From Burkholderiales bacterium (GTDB lineage Bacteria; Pseudomonadota; Gammaproteobacteria; Burkholderiales; SG8-39), in assembly GCA_040902335.1 (NCBI GenBank), contig JBBDXL010000194.1, positions 1 through 62,833 on the forward strand: a stretch of DNA of 62,833 bases, read 5' to 3'. Both the position numbers and the translations under genes were made by a program. Below, piece after piece: positions 24,698-35,485 of the stretch. Below the pieces are notes generated by a model that was not told the DNA's origin, did not search any database, and saw nothing but the letters and a program-made list of their open reading frames with translations. Position 1 is the stretch's first letter. The number at the start of each line of letters is the position of its first letter.

Positions 24698-25831
24698 CTA
24701 TAGCCGCTTTCGGGCGCGCGGCAAGAGCGCCGCGCTACCGGCCGCCCAGCGCGTGAGCGTCTGCGGGTCGACGCGGCCGACGAGCGCGTCGGCGACGCGT
24801 TCGCCGATCAGCGCGCCGAACTTGAAACCGTGCCCGGAGAATCCGCTCAGCACCCAGGTGCGCTCGCCAGCCTGCTCGACTAGAAAACGCTCGCTTTCGC
24901 TCACGTCGTAGAAGCAGGTCTTTGCCTCGAGCCGCCGGTAACTTGCGCGGTCGCGGAAGCGGCGCGTGCAAGCGCGCGCGATCGCCTCGGCCTCCTCGTC
25001 GGACGCGGCGCGCTCGCCATCCGGGTCGCCGCGCAGCGAGAAGCGGTGATCGCCGACCTTGAGCCCGTGTGCGCCGCGCGGTGGAACGGCGTAGAAGCCG
25101 GCGTCGGCGCCGATCTCGAGCACCATCGGCGCGCTCGCCCAGGCGCGTGCCCACTGCGCCGGGGGCTCGAGATACACCACCAGCTGGCGCGAAGCGGTGA
25201 CACGCGGCGCGAGTGCCGGAACGAGTTTCGGCGTCCAGGGGCCGGCGGCGACGATCAGCCGGTCGGCCGCGAGCTCGCGGCCGTCGTGCAGGACAACGCG
25301 CGCCGCCCCGGCATCGAGCGCAACGACCTCGGTCTGCGTGAGCACGCTTACCCCCAGTGTCGGCAGATGCGCGGCGAGCGCGGCAACGATCTCCGCGGCG
25401 CGCAGAAAACCGCCGCTCTCAAGGTAGATCGCCTCGGTCACGCCGACCGGGTCCAGCATGGGGGCGCGCACCTCGAGCTCGGCCGCGCCGAGCCGGCGAT
25501 GCGCGATGCTGCAGCGCTTGAGCGCGACGCGGCTCGAGCCGACCCATTCGTCGGCGCCGGAAGAGAGCGCGAGGGTGCCGGTCTGCACGTAATAGCACTG
25601 GCCCAGGTTGCGCCAGAGCCGCTCCCAGGCATCGAAGGCCTCGCCCACCATGCGCGTGTAGCCCTCCTGCGCGCCATACGGATAGCGGATCAGGCGATGC
25701 CGATCGACGGACGAAGCGAGCGGATTGGGCAGGGCGCCCCGCTCGAGCAAGGTGACGGCGTGACCGTCGCGCGCGAGCGCTGACGCGCAGCTCAGGCCCA
25801 TGATGCCGCCGCCCACGACAAGAGCTTTCAT
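24698..25831 (-). CDS. FAD-dependent oxidoreductase (DAO/sarcosine-oxidase-like)
   Basis: Internal ATG of track ORF 24698..26593 gives MKALVVGGGIMGLSCASALARDGHAVTLLE (GxGxxG). C-terminal …GFSGHGFKFGALIG…. Confidence 0.85.
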   Translation of the reverse strand: MKALVVGGGIMGLSCASALARDGHAVTLLERGALPNPLASSVDRHRLIRYPYGAQEGYTRMVGEAFDAWERLWRNLGQCYYVQTGTLALSSGADEWVGSSRVALKRCSIAHRRLGAAELEVRAPMLDPVGVTEAIYLESGGFLRAAEIVAALAAHLPTLGVSVLTQTEVVALDAGAARVVLHDGRELAADRLIVAAGPWTPKLVPALAPRVTASRQLVVYLEPPAQWARAWASAPMVLEIGADAGFYAVPPRGAHGLKVGDHRFSLRGDPDGERAASDEEAEAIARACTRRFRDRASYRRLEAKTCFYDVSESERFLVEQAGERTWVLSGFSGHGFKFGALIGERVADALVGRVDPQTLTRWAAGSAALLPRARKRL

Positions 25832-25848
25832 GCCGCGGCCGCTCCCCA

Positions 25849-27048
25849 CTATTGTCGCCTGCGGGCGCGCAGCAAGAGCGCGGCCGCGATCGCCATGTTG
25901 AGCAGGTTCCAGGCGATGCCGTTCAGGAACGCGGCGCGGTACGAGCCGGTAAGATCGAAGATCGCGCCCGACATCCAGCCGCCGAGCGCCATGCCGAACA
26001 GGGTCGACGTGAGCACCACGCTCACCGTCGCGCCCGCGACCTTGGGGTCGAAGTACTCGCGCACGATGATGGCGTAGGAGGGCACGATGCCGCCCTGGAA
26101 CAGGCCGAACATGGCCGACACCACGTAAAGCGACGTGAGCCCGTCCGCGGGCAGGAACAGCGCGAGCGCGACCGCCTGGAGCGTGGAACCGAGGAGCAAG
26201 GTGCGCAACCCGCCGATGCGATCCGAGATCCAGCCGAAGGTCAGACGGCTGACGATGCCGAAGCCGAGCATCAGCGAGAGCATCTCCGCGCCCCGCGCCG
26301 CCGCGAAGCCGAGGTCGCCGCACAGGGCGACGATGTGCACCTGCGGCATGGACATCGCCACGCAGCAGGCGACGCCCGCGGTGCACAGCAGGCCGAGGAG
26401 AAGTGCCGGCCGCAGCCCCAGGTCGTGCGGCGCGCCCGGGGCGGCACCCGGCGCCGCCGGCGCAAGCCCGGGAGGGCGCCTGCGCAGCATGAGCGTCAGC
26501 GGCAGCATCGCCGCGATGCAGAACACGCCGACGCCGATGTAGGTCTGGCGCCAGCCGGCCGAGTCGAAAAAATGCTGCACCACCGGCGGCCACAAGGCGC
26601 CGCCGAGATAATTGCCGCTCGCGCAGATCGCCACGGCGATGCCGCGGCGGCGGTTGAACCAGAGCGAGGTGTCCGCGACCAGCGGCGCGAATGTCGCCGA
26701 CGATCCGAGAAAGCCGATGAGCAGTCCCTGCACCAGCGCGAACTGCCAGAGGCTGCCGGCGAACCCGGCGGCGATGAAGCCGGTGCCGAGGCAGAAAGTG
26801 CCGATCAGCACCGGCACGATGACGCCGAAGCGGTCGGCGAGCTTGCCCATGAGAATGCCGCCCAGGCCAAAGCCGATCATGGTGAGCGTGTAGGGAAGCG
26901 ACGCGTCCGAGCGACCCACGCCGAACTCAGCCTGGATCGGGGGCAGCGCCACGGTCACGATGTACATACCCGCGGCCCCGAGCGTCATGAGCGCGAGCGA
27001 GGCAGCGAGCCGCAGCCAGGCGTAGCCGGATTCGGCTTCGGAGCGCAC
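25849..27048 (-). CDS. MFS transporter
   Basis: 399 aa, 12 predicted helices. MFS loop motif GKLADRFG. GTG start. Confidence 0.85.
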   Translation of the reverse strand: MRSEAESGYAWLRLAASLALMTLGAAGMYIVTVALPPIQAEFGVGRSDASLPYTLTMIGFGLGGILMGKLADRFGVIVPVLIGTFCLGTGFIAAGFAGSLWQFALVQGLLIGFLGSSATFAPLVADTSLWFNRRRGIAVAICASGNYLGGALWPPVVQHFFDSAGWRQTYIGVGVFCIAAMLPLTLMLRRRPPGLAPAAPGAAPGAPHDLGLRPALLLGLLCTAGVACCVAMSMPQVHIVALCGDLGFAAARGAEMLSLMLGFGIVSRLTFGWISDRIGGLRTLLLGSTLQAVALALFLPADGLTSLYVVSAMFGLFQGGIVPSYAIIVREYFDPKVAGATVSVVLTSTLFGMALGGWMSGAIFDLTGSYRAAFLNGIAWNLLNMAIAAALLLRARRRQ

Positions 27049-27054
27049 TCGCGG

Positions 27055-27702
27055 CTAAGGGGCGGGCCGGAAGACCAGGAAATACTGGTACGGCAGGAAA
27101 GAATGCTCGGCGGCCGCGGCGTAGCCCGCGGCGTTCATCTCCGCCTTGACGGTTTCGGGCGCGATGCGGGCAGCACGCGGCGGACCCTCGGGGGAGTCGA
27201 GCTTGAAGTCGATGATCGCGACGCGGCCGCCGGGACGAAGCGACAGGCGCAGCCTGCGGAAGTAGCGCGCCCGATCCTCGATGTGGTGGTAGACGTCCAC
27301 GAGAAGGATCATGTCGACCTTCGCCGGCAGGCGGGGATCGTCCGCTTTTCCCTCCAGCGCGAGCATATTGCCCAACCCTTCGCGCTCCGCACGCGCTTCG
27401 AGGTAGCGCACCATGTCGGGCTCGATATCGACGGCGTACACGCGGCCCCGCGGCAGCATGTTGGCGAGGCGCGCGGCAAAGTACCCGGTGCCGGCGCCCA
27501 GGTCGGCGATCCGCGCATCGGGCTGAAGCGCGAGCGCCTGGATCAGCTCATGCGGCTTCTGCCAGGCATCGCGCTCGGGGTCGTCGAAGACGTGCGCCCA
27601 CTTTTCCGCGTCGCGGAAGCTGTGCTGATGAGTGTGCGGCGTCTGCGCCGCGGCGAAACCCGCGACGAAGGCGAGACAGCAGGCAGCAAGTGCGATACGC
27701 AT
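27055..27702 (-). CDS. Class I SAM-dependent methyltransferase with N-terminal signal peptide
   Basis: MRIALAACCLAFVAGFAAAQ signal-like N-terminus. SAM motif I IADLGAGTGYFAARLA. Confidence 0.75.
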   Translation of the reverse strand: MRIALAACCLAFVAGFAAAQTPHTHQHSFRDAEKWAHVFDDPERDAWQKPHELIQALALQPDARIADLGAGTGYFAARLANMLPRGRVYAVDIEPDMVRYLEARAEREGLGNMLALEGKADDPRLPAKVDMILLVDVYHHIEDRARYFRRLRLSLRPGGRVAIIDFKLDSPEGPPRAARIAPETVKAEMNAAGYAAAAEHSFLPYQYFLVFRPAP

Positions 27703-27729
27703 GCTGGTCAGTCCATTTTCCTTGGAGGT

Positions 27730-27805
27730 TGGCTCCCCGACCAGGGCTCGAACCTGGGACCTGCGGATTAACAGTCCGTCGCTCTACCAACTGAGCTATC
27801 GGGGA
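27730..27805 (-). tRNA. tRNA-Asn (GTT)
   Basis: 76-nt cloverleaf read by hand: acceptor TCCCCGA/TCGGGGA, anticodon loop CTGTTAA, T-loop GGTTCGAGCC, encoded CCA. Confidence 0.9.
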
Positions 27806-27823
27806 TCCGGAAAGAGCGCGATT

Positions 27824-29038
27824 CTACCGGATTACCTTTGCGATCGCGTCGGCGACGTAGTCGATGTTGCCGGAATTCAGCGCCGCGACGCACACGCGCC
27901 CGGTGTCGATGGCGTAGATCGAATACTCCGTGCGCAGACGCTCCACCTGCGCCTTGCTGAGGCCCGTGTAGGAGAACAGCCCGCGCTGCTTCACGACGAA
28001 TGAATAGTCTGCGCCCGAGCGCTTCTGCACGCCCTCGGCAAGCGCCTTGCGCATCGCTTTGATGCGATCGCGCATGCCGCCGAGCTCCTTTTCCCACAAA
28101 GCGCGCAGCTCCGGAGTCGTCAACACCCGCGCCACGATGTCGCCGCCGTGCGTGGGCGGATTCGAGTAGTTGGTGCGCACGACGCGCTTCACCTGCGACA
28201 GCGCGCGTGCCGCCTCGTCGGCGCTGCCGGCGACCAAGCTGAAGGCGCCGATGCGCTCGCCGTACAAAGACAGCGACTTGGAGAACGAGCTCGACAGGAA
28301 GATCGGCGACATGGCGCCGGCAAACAGCCTCGGCGCATAGGCATCGGCATCGATGCCGTCGCCGAATCCCTGGTAGGCGAGGTCGAGAAACGGCACCAGA
28401 TCACGCGCCTGCACCACCCCCAGCACCTTCTGCCATTGCTCCTGGCTCAGATCCACCCCCGTAGGGTTATGGCAGCAGGAGTGCAGCACGGGGATCGACC
28501 CGGCGGGCAGCGCCTGCAGTGCCGAGAGCATCGCCTCGAACTTCAAGCCGCGAGTCGCGGGGTTGTAGTAGGGATAGGCCTGCACGCGAAAGCCGGCCGC
28601 TTCGAAGAGCGCCCGGTGGTTCTCCCAGCTCGGCTCGCTGATCCACACCTGCGCGTCCGGGCTCAGCTGCTTGAGGAAGTCCGCGCCGATCTTCAAGCCG
28701 CCGGTGCCGCCCAGCGCCTGCACCGTCAGCACGCGCTTTTCCTTGAGCAGCGGCGCGTCCGCGCCGAAAACGAGCGCCTGCACCGCCTGGTCGTAGGACT
28801 GCAGGCCGTCGATCGGCAGGTAGGACTTGGGCGCGCCCGACTGCACGCGCTGCTGCTCGGCGCGCTGCACGCACTCGAGCAGCGGCACCTTGCCCGCGTC
28901 GTCGTAGTACACGCCGACGCCGAGGTTGACCTTCTTCGGGTTCTTGTCCGCGACGAACACCTCGGTCACGCCGAGAATCGGGTCGCGCGGCGCCATCGGC
29001 ACCGAGGCGAGGAGGGAGGGGGCGTGCGGCGCGTTCAT
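27824..29038 (-). CDS. Aromatic/aspartate aminotransferase (class I, AspC/TyrB family)
   Basis: 404 aa. …DPILGVTE…KVNLGVGVYYDD…, …SSSFSKSLSLYGERIG… (PLP lysine context), …RVVRTNYSNPP…. Confidence 0.9.
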   Translation of the reverse strand: MNAPHAPSLLASVPMAPRDPILGVTEVFVADKNPKKVNLGVGVYYDDAGKVPLLECVQRAEQQRVQSGAPKSYLPIDGLQSYDQAVQALVFGADAPLLKEKRVLTVQALGGTGGLKIGADFLKQLSPDAQVWISEPSWENHRALFEAAGFRVQAYPYYNPATRGLKFEAMLSALQALPAGSIPVLHSCCHNPTGVDLSQEQWQKVLGVVQARDLVPFLDLAYQGFGDGIDADAYAPRLFAGAMSPIFLSSSFSKSLSLYGERIGAFSLVAGSADEAARALSQVKRVVRTNYSNPPTHGGDIVARVLTTPELRALWEKELGGMRDRIKAMRKALAEGVQKRSGADYSFVVKQRGLFSYTGLSKAQVERLRTEYSIYAIDTGRVCVAALNSGNIDYVADAIAKVIR

Positions 29039-29058
29039 CGTGCTAGCATCTTCCGGTT

Positions 29059-31110
29059 TTGCCAGCCGAAATTCTACCCGTGGCGCTGACTTTCCCCAAC
29101 AGCCCGTTCCGGCTGCACCAGCCGTTCGCGCCCGCGGGCGATCAACCCGAGGCGATCGAGAAGCTGACGGAAGGCCTGCGCGACGGGCTCGCCTTCCAGA
29201 CGCTGCTCGGCGTGACCGGATCGGGCAAGACCTACACCATGGCGCATGTCATCGCGCGCCTCGGGCGCCCGGCGCTGGTGCTGGCGCCCAACAAGACGCT
29301 GGCGGCGCAGCTCTACGCCGAGTTCCGCGAGTTCTTTCCGGAAAACGCGGTGGAGTACTTCGTCTCCTACTACGACTACTACCAGCCCGAGGCCTACGTG
29401 CCGGCGCGCGACCTCTACATCGAGAAGGACTCCTCGATCAACGAGCACATCGAGCAGATGCGCCTCTCGGCGACCAAGTCGCTGATGGAGCGCCGCGACG
29501 TGGTGATCGTCGCCACGGTGTCGGCGATCTACGGCATCGGCGACCCGTCCGAGTACCACGGCATGATCCTGCACCTGCGCCAAGGCGAGAAGGCGACGCA
29601 GCGCGAGGTCATCGCGCGCCTGGTGGCGATGCAGTACGAAAGGAACGAGCTCGATTTCCGCCGCGGCACGTTCCGCGTGCGCGGCGACGTGATCGACGTG
29701 TTCCCCGCCGAGCACGCCGAACATGCCCTGCGCCTGTCGCTCGCCGAGGACGAGATCGAGCGGCTGCAGCTGTTCGACCCGCTCACCGGCCGCGTGCTGC
29801 ACGCGCTCACGCGCTTCACGGTGTACCCCTCGAGCCATTACGTCACGCCGCGCGAGACCACGCTGCGCGCCATCGAGGCCATCAAGGCCGAGCTGCGCGA
29901 GCGCATCGAGCACTTTCAGGATGCCGCTCGCCTGGTGGAGGCGCAGAGGATCGAGCAGCGCACGCGCTTCGACCTGGAGATGCTCGCCGAGCTTGGCTTC
30001 TGCAAGGGCATCGAGAACTACTCGCGCCACCTTTCGGGGCGCAAACCGGGCGAGCCGCCGCCGACGCTCATCGACTACCTTCCGCGCGACGCGCTCATGA
30101 TCATCGACGAGAGCCACGTCACCATCGGCCAGCTCGGCGGCATGTACCGGGGCGACCGCTCGCGGAAAGAGAACCTCGTCGAGTACGGCTTCCGCCTGCC
30201 CTCGGCGCTCGACAACCGGCCCCTGCGCTTCGACGAGTTCGAGGGCGTGGTGCGCCAGACCGTGTTCGTGTCAGCCACGCCGGCCAACTACGAGGCGCAG
30301 AAATCGGCGCAGGTGGTGGAGCAGGTGGTGCGGCCGACCGGCCTGGTGGACCCGGCGGTCGAGGTGCGCCCGGCGTCGACGCAGGTCGACGACCTCTTAT
30401 CCGAAATCCGGCTGCGGACGACCAAGCGCGAGCGCGTGCTCGTGACCACGCTCACCAAGCGCATGGCCGAGGAGCTGACCGAGTACCTGTCGGAGCACGG
30501 CGTCAAGGTGCGCTACCTGCACTCGGAAGTGGAAACCGTAGAGCGCGTGGAGATCATCCGCGACCTGCGCCTGGGCGAGTTCGACGTGCTGGTGGGCATC
30601 AACCTGCTGCGCGAGGGGCTCGACCTGCCCGAAGTGTCGCTGGTGGCGATTCTCGACGCGGACAAGGAGGGATTCCTGCGCTCGGAGCGCTCGCTGATCC
30701 AGACCATGGGCCGCGCCGCGCGCCACCTGAACGGGCGCGCCATCCTGTACGCCGACGTGATGACCGATTCCATGCGGCGCGCGATCGGCGAGACCGAGCG
30801 CCGGCGGCGCAAGCAGCTCTCCTGGAACGAGGCGCGCGGCATCACCCCCAAGGGCGTGAGCAAGCGCATCAAAGACCTGATCGACGGCGTTTACGACGCC
30901 GAGGGCGCGGCCGCGGAGCTCAAGGCCGCGCAGGACGAGGCGCGTTACGAGGCGATGAGCGAGAAGCAGGTGGCGAGGGAGCTGCGGCGCCTGGAGAAGG
31001 ACATGATCGGCCACGCCCGCAACCTGGAATTCGAGAAGGCGGCGCAGCTGCGCGACCAGCTGGCCGCCCTCAAAAAACGCGTGTTCGGCGTGGAGCTCGC
31101 GCCCGAATAG
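29059..31110 (+). CDS. uvrB: Excinuclease ABC subunit B
   Basis: …[12 protein letters not shown]…[14 protein letters not shown]…, helicase motifs, C-terminal UVR domain …[14 protein letters not shown]…. The TTG track start is uncertain (alternative GTG ~29081). Confidence 0.95.
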   Translation: MPAEILPVALTFPNSPFRLHQPFAPAGDQPEAIEKLTEGLRDGLAFQTLLGVTGSGKTYTMAHVIARLGRPALVLAPNKTLAAQLYAEFREFFPENAVEYFVSYYDYYQPEAYVPARDLYIEKDSSINEHIEQMRLSATKSLMERRDVVIVATVSAIYGIGDPSEYHGMILHLRQGEKATQREVIARLVAMQYERNELDFRRGTFRVRGDVIDVFPAEHAEHALRLSLAEDEIERLQLFDPLTGRVLHALTRFTVYPSSHYVTPRETTLRAIEAIKAELRERIEHFQDAARLVEAQRIEQRTRFDLEMLAELGFCKGIENYSRHLSGRKPGEPPPTLIDYLPRDALMIIDESHVTIGQLGGMYRGDRSRKENLVEYGFRLPSALDNRPLRFDEFEGVVRQTVFVSATPANYEAQKSAQVVEQVVRPTGLVDPAVEVRPASTQVDDLLSEIRLRTTKRERVLVTTLTKRMAEELTEYLSEHGVKVRYLHSEVETVERVEIIRDLRLGEFDVLVGINLLREGLDLPEVSLVAILDADKEGFLRSERSLIQTMGRAARHLNGRAILYADVMTDSMRRAIGETERRRRKQLSWNEARGITPKGVSKRIKDLIDGVYDAEGAAAELKAAQDEARYEAMSEKQVARELRRLEKDMIGHARNLEFEKAAQLRDQLAALKKRVFGVELAPE

Positions 31111-31116
31111 CCGCCG

Positions 31117-33642
31117 TCAGTTCTTGGTTTCGACCTGGAGCAGCGGCTCTTCCTCGGCCGTGGCACGGGGACGCTCGCGGCGCGGCCGGCCAAGCGGCAC
31201 GGCCTCGGGCTCGGGCGGGGCCGCGGGCACGCGGTCGGACCGTGTTTCCACCATCTGCAGTCCGGCGCTCTCCAACGCCTCGCGCGCATCGACTTTCGCG
31301 ATCGCGGGCGCTGCTGCCGGCATGGCGCGCTCGGGCGCCGCTTGCGGCTGCGGCTGTGGCCGCGCTTCGTGCTGCTCGGCTTCGGCGTTCAGGCGCGCTT
31401 CTTCGCGCATCTGCGCTTCGTGCATCTCGCGCTCGCGCCGGCGCAGTTCGTTCAGGTCGGGTTCACGCGCCTGGAATGCGGGCGGCGCCGCTGGCGCAGG
31501 CTGCGGTTGGCCGCCCGCCGCAGCCTGGCCCTGCCGTGGCGCCTGCTGCTCACGCGCGCCATCCGGGCGCCGCTCGCGGTTGCGGTCGCGTCGGCCGCGC
31601 CGTCCGCGGCGCTGCTCGTCACCCTCCCGCTCGCCGGTAAGGGTCCCTTGAGGCTGCTGCGGCCGCTGCTGCTGCTGCGGCCGCTGGTCCGGACGGCGCT
31701 CGCCGCCCGGCCGACCATTGCGTTGCTGCTGTCCGCCCTGGCGCTGGTCGGGGCGGCGCTCGCCGCCGCGATGCTCGTCGCGCGGGCGATCGCGGCGGTG
31801 ATCGCGCCGCTCGCCGCTGCCACCCTGGCGGTGCTCGGGCCGGCGCTCACGCTGCGGCAGCTCGCGGCGCCCTTCCCGCGCCGGTCGCACTGCGGTGTCG
31901 TTGGCCGCGGCCGCGGCGCTGCCCGGCTTGTCGGTCTTGAACCAGCCGAGAATGCGGCCGAGAAACCCCGGCGACGCCGGACCGGCGGCAGGCGCTGCAG
32001 GCTGCAGGCGCACTTCCGGCACGTGCGGCGCCGGCTGCTCGGGCACGATCGCCTTGACCGCGGCCTCGGGACGCTCGCGCTTCTCCGCCGCCACGGCTTC
32101 CGGCGACTTCGGCTCCTCCGGCTGCTCCACCATTTCGTAGCTTGCCGGCACGTGCTCCATGGCGTTCAGCTCGTCATGCTTCAGCCGCTGCACCTTGTAG
32201 TGCGGGGTCTCCAGGTGCGGGTTTGGCACCAGGACGATGTTCACCTTCAGCCGCGCCTCGAGCTTCTGGATCTCGGCGCGCTTCTCGTTGAGCAGGAAGC
32301 TTGCCGCGTCCACCGGCACCTGCACGTGCACCGCGCCGGTGTTTTCCTTCATCGCCTCTTCCTGCACGATGCGCAGCACGTGCAGCGCGGTCGACTCGGT
32401 GCCGCGGATGAATCCCGTGCCGCTGCAGCGCGGGCAGTTGATGTGCGCGGTTTCCTCGAGGGAGGCCTGCAGGCGCTGGCGCGAGAGCTCCAGCAAGCCG
32501 AAGCGCGAGATCTTGCCCACCTGCACGCGCGCGCGGTCGTAGTGCAGCGCCTCGCGGAAGCGGTTCTCCACCTCGCGCTGGTTCTTCTGCGACTCCATGT
32601 CGATGAAGTCGACCACGATCAGGCCGCCGAGGTCGCGCAGGCGCAGCTGCCGCGCCACCTCGTCCGCCGCTTCGAGGTTGGTGCGCAGCGCCGTCTCCTC
32701 GATGTCGCCGCCCTTGGTGGCGCGCGCCGAGTTCACGTCCACGGCGACCATCGCCTCGGTGTGGTCGATCACGATCGCGCCGCCCGAAGGCAGGTTCACG
32801 TGGCGCGAATAGGCGCTCTCGATCTGGTGCTCGATCTGGAAGCGCGAGAACAGCGGCACGTCGTCGCGGTACAGCTTGACCTTGCCGACGTTGGCCGGCA
32901 TCACGGTCTGCATGAAAGCGACCGCCTGGTCGTAGATCTCCTGGGTGTCGATGAGGATCTCGCCGATGTCGGGCTGGAAGTAATCGCGGATAGCGCGGAT
33001 GACGAGGCTCGACTCCAGGTAGATCAGGAAAGGCTTCTTGTCCTGGGTCTTGCCCGCGCCCTCGACCGCGCTCCAGAGCTGGAGGAGGTAGTTCAGGTCC
33101 CACTGCAGTTCCTCGGGCGAGCGGCCGATGGCCGCCGTGCGCGCGATGACGCTCATGCCCTCGGGCACCTGCAGCTTGTCCAGGGTGTCGCGCAGCTCGT
33201 TGCGGTCTTCGCCCTCGACGCGGCGCGAGACGCCGCCGCCGCGCGGGTTGTTCGGCATCAGCACAAGGTAGCGGCCGGCCAGGCTGATGAAGGTGGTGAG
33301 GGCGGCGCCCTTGGTGCCGCGCTCGTCCTTCTCCACCTGGACGATCAGGTCCTGGCCTTCGTCGAGCGCGTCCTGGATGCGGGCACGCCCGACGTCGACG
33401 CCGGCCCTGAAATAGGCCTTGTCGATCTCCTTGAAGGGCAGGAACCCGTGGCGCTCCTCACCGTAGTCGATGAAGGCCGCCTCGAGGCTGGGCTCGATGC
33501 GGGTGATGATGCCCTTGTAGATGTTGCTCTTGCGCTGCTCCCTGGAAGCCGATTCGATGTCGAGATCTACTAGCTTCTGCCCTTCTACGATGGCGACGCG
33601 CAGCTCTTCCTGCTGCGTCGCATTAAACAACATGCGTTTCAC
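31117..33642 (-). CDS. rne: Ribonuclease E
   Basis: [30 protein letters not shown]…[21 protein letters not shown] (S1 domain). CPRCSGTG zinc link. Arg/Pro/Gln-rich repetitive C-terminal scaffold. GTG start. Confidence 0.95.
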   Translation of the reverse strand: MKRMLFNATQQEELRVAIVEGQKLVDLDIESASREQRKSNIYKGIITRIEPSLEAAFIDYGEERHGFLPFKEIDKAYFRAGVDVGRARIQDALDEGQDLIVQVEKDERGTKGAALTTFISLAGRYLVLMPNNPRGGGVSRRVEGEDRNELRDTLDKLQVPEGMSVIARTAAIGRSPEELQWDLNYLLQLWSAVEGAGKTQDKKPFLIYLESSLVIRAIRDYFQPDIGEILIDTQEIYDQAVAFMQTVMPANVGKVKLYRDDVPLFSRFQIEHQIESAYSRHVNLPSGGAIVIDHTEAMVAVDVNSARATKGGDIEETALRTNLEAADEVARQLRLRDLGGLIVVDFIDMESQKNQREVENRFREALHYDRARVQVGKISRFGLLELSRQRLQASLEETAHINCPRCSGTGFIRGTESTALHVLRIVQEEAMKENTGAVHVQVPVDAASFLLNEKRAEIQKLEARLKVNIVLVPNPHLETPHYKVQRLKHDELNAMEHVPASYEMVEQPEEPKSPEAVAAEKRERPEAAVKAIVPEQPAPHVPEVRLQPAAPAAGPASPGFLGRILGWFKTDKPGSAAAAANDTAVRPAREGRRELPQRERRPEHRQGGSGERRDHRRDRPRDEHRGGERRPDQRQGGQQQRNGRPGGERRPDQRPQQQQRPQQPQGTLTGEREGDEQRRGRRGRRDRNRERRPDGAREQQAPRQGQAAAGGQPQPAPAAPPAFQAREPDLNELRRREREMHEAQMREEARLNAEAEQHEARPQPQPQAAPERAMPAAAPAIAKVDAREALESAGLQMVETRSDRVPAAPPEPEAVPLGRPRRERPRATAEEEPLLQVETKN

Positions 33643-33909
33643 TTATTGTTCTCCTGCGCGCGCAGGAGACCCTGGGGTCCGTCGGTCAGTGCTCTCCTAG
33701 GAAAGCGGGTTGCGAAGGGGCGGGGAATGAACCTGCCGCGCGCTATTGAGTAGTATCGCTACTTACGGTGAGCGATAGTCACCCCTGCTTCAGGTCCGGC
33801 TGTGGCCAAACAGGAGGCGGGTTGCAGGCTCCGGCGCCGGGAATCCTCCCCTCCGCGCCTCGCGAACCTGTGCCTCGCATCTCGAAGCAACTCGCGGATC
33901 ATACGGATA
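33643..33909 (-). promoter_or_regulatory. rne 5' leader / divergent rne-rluC control region, with a Shine-Dalgarno-containing perfect palindrome
   Basis: 267-bp gap, the longest in the window. The 18-nt palindrome CTCCTGCGCGCGCAGGAG (33651-33668) contains the AGGAG located 8 nt upstream of the rne GTG. Confidence 0.5.
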
Positions 33910-34860
33910 ATGAAAGACTTAAGCAAGGCTCGCGCGACCCTACTCGAAGTCGGGGAGGAAAGCGACACGCAGCGCATCGACAACTTCCTGCTGCGGCGCC
34001 TCAAGGGCGTGCCGAAGAGCCACGTCTACCGCGTGCTGCGCAGCGGCGAGGTGCGCGTCAACAGCGGCCGCGTCAGGCCCGACTACCGGCTGCGGCTCGG
34101 CGACAAGGTCAGGGTGCCGCCGGTGCGCCTGGCGAGCCCCGCCGCCAGGCCGGCGCCGCGCCCGCTCGATCTGCCGGTGGTCTACGAAGACGATGCGCTG
34201 CTGGTGGTGGACAAGCCCTCGGGCGTTGCGGTGCACGGCGGCAGCGGCGTGAGCTACGGCGTGATCGAGTCGCTGCGCGCGGAGCGCCCGCGCGCCAAGC
34301 TGCTCGAGCTGGCGCACCGCCTGGACCGGGATACCTCCGGGCTGCTGGTCATCGCCAAGAAGCGTAGCGCGCTCGTCGAGCTGCACCGCATGCTGCGCGA
34401 AGGCGAGGCCGAGAAGGTGTACCTGGCTGTGGTGAAAGGCAGCTGGGAGGGAGGGGCGCGCGAGCTGCGCGAGCGGCTGCACAAGTACGTCACTGCGGGG
34501 GGCGAGCGCCGCGTGGCGGTGCATGGCGGCGGGCGGGCGGCCGTGACTGTCGTCACGCCGATCGCCACATCGGCTGCCTGCAGCCTGCTCGAATTGCGTC
34601 TGATGACGGGCAGGACGCACCAGATACGGGTGCACCTGGCGCACGCCGGCCACCCGGTCCTGGGAGACGACAAGTACGGCGATTTCGCGCTGAACCGCGC
34701 ACTGGCGCGGCAAGGGGTGAAGCGGTTGATGCTGCACGCCAGGCGGCTTGCCTTCGCGCATCCATTGACGGGCGCGCGCCTGCGGCTGGAGGCGCCGCTG
34801 CCGGACGACATGCGGCGAACCGCGGAGGCGCAGCTTGCGCTACAGCCTGATCGTCTTTGA
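33910..34860 (+). CDS. rluC: 23S rRNA pseudouridine synthase RluC
   Basis: Internal ATG of track ORF 33802..34860. S4 domain (…QRIDNFLLRRLKGVPKSHVYRVLRSGEVRVN…), HRLDRDTSGLLV catalytic Asp motif. Conserved divergent partner of rne. Confidence 0.9.
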   Translation: MKDLSKARATLLEVGEESDTQRIDNFLLRRLKGVPKSHVYRVLRSGEVRVNSGRVRPDYRLRLGDKVRVPPVRLASPAARPAPRPLDLPVVYEDDALLVVDKPSGVAVHGGSGVSYGVIESLRAERPRAKLLELAHRLDRDTSGLLVIAKKRSALVELHRMLREGEAEKVYLAVVKGSWEGGARELRERLHKYVTAGGERRVAVHGGGRAAVTVVTPIATSAACSLLELRLMTGRTHQIRVHLAHAGHPVLGDDKYGDFALNRALARQGVKRLMLHARRLAFAHPLTGARLRLEAPLPDDMRRTAEAQLALQPDRL

Positions 34861-35485
34861 CTGGGACGGCACGCTCATCGATTCGGCGAGCGCCATCGTC
34901 GAATGCATCCAGCAGGCGGCGCGGGACATGGGTCTGGAGGTGCCTGACCGGGAGCGCGCCAGCCACGTGATCGGCCTCGGCTTGCACGACTCGCTGCGCC
35001 ACGCGGTGCCCGATCTGCCGCAGGCGCGGATGATGGAATTTGTGGCGTGCTACCGGCGGGAGTTCCTGGCGCGCGAAGATCGCATGCGCGTGTTCCCCGG
35101 GGTCCTGGAGCTGCTCGAGGCGCTGCGCGCGCGCGGCCATGCGCTGGCGGTGGCGACCGGCAAGAGCCGGCGGGGGCTGGAGCGCGCGCTCGACGCCTGC
35201 GCCCTGCGGACGTACTTTGCCGCGTCGCGCTGCGCGGACGAGGCCGAGCCCAAACCGCATCCGGCGATGCTGCACGAGCTGCTGCAGGAGCTGGCGTCGC
35301 CTGCGGCGCAGGCACTGATGGTGGGCGACACCTCGCACGACCTGCGCATGGCGGCGGCGGCGGGGGTGGACGCCCTGGCGGTGTGCTACGGCGCGCATGC
35401 GGAGGGCGAACTGCGCGCACTGCAGCCCCGCGCCTGCCTCGCCAGCGTGCCGGAGTTGAGCGAATGGCTGCTGCGCCACGCCTGA
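34835..35485 (+). CDS. HAD-superfamily hydrolase (phosphoglycolate-phosphatase-like)
   Basis: LIVFDWDGTLIDS motif I, …VATGKSR…, …VGDTSHDL…. TTG start overlapping the rluC end. Confidence 0.8.
   Translation: MRYSLIVFDWDGTLIDSASAIVECIQQAARDMGLEVPDRERASHVIGLGLHDSLRHAVPDLPQARMMEFVACYRREFLAREDRMRVFPGVLELLEALRARGHALAVATGKSRRGLERALDACALRTYFAASRCADEAEPKPHPAMLHELLQELASPAAQALMVGDTSHDLRMAAAAGVDALAVCYGAHAEGELRALQPRACLASVPELSEWLLRHA

Noticed and set aside
29039-29058. LexA/SOS box upstream of uvrB (and upstream of uvrC at 56443..56515)
   Set aside because: There is no CTGT-N8-ACAG-type palindrome in either short upstream region.
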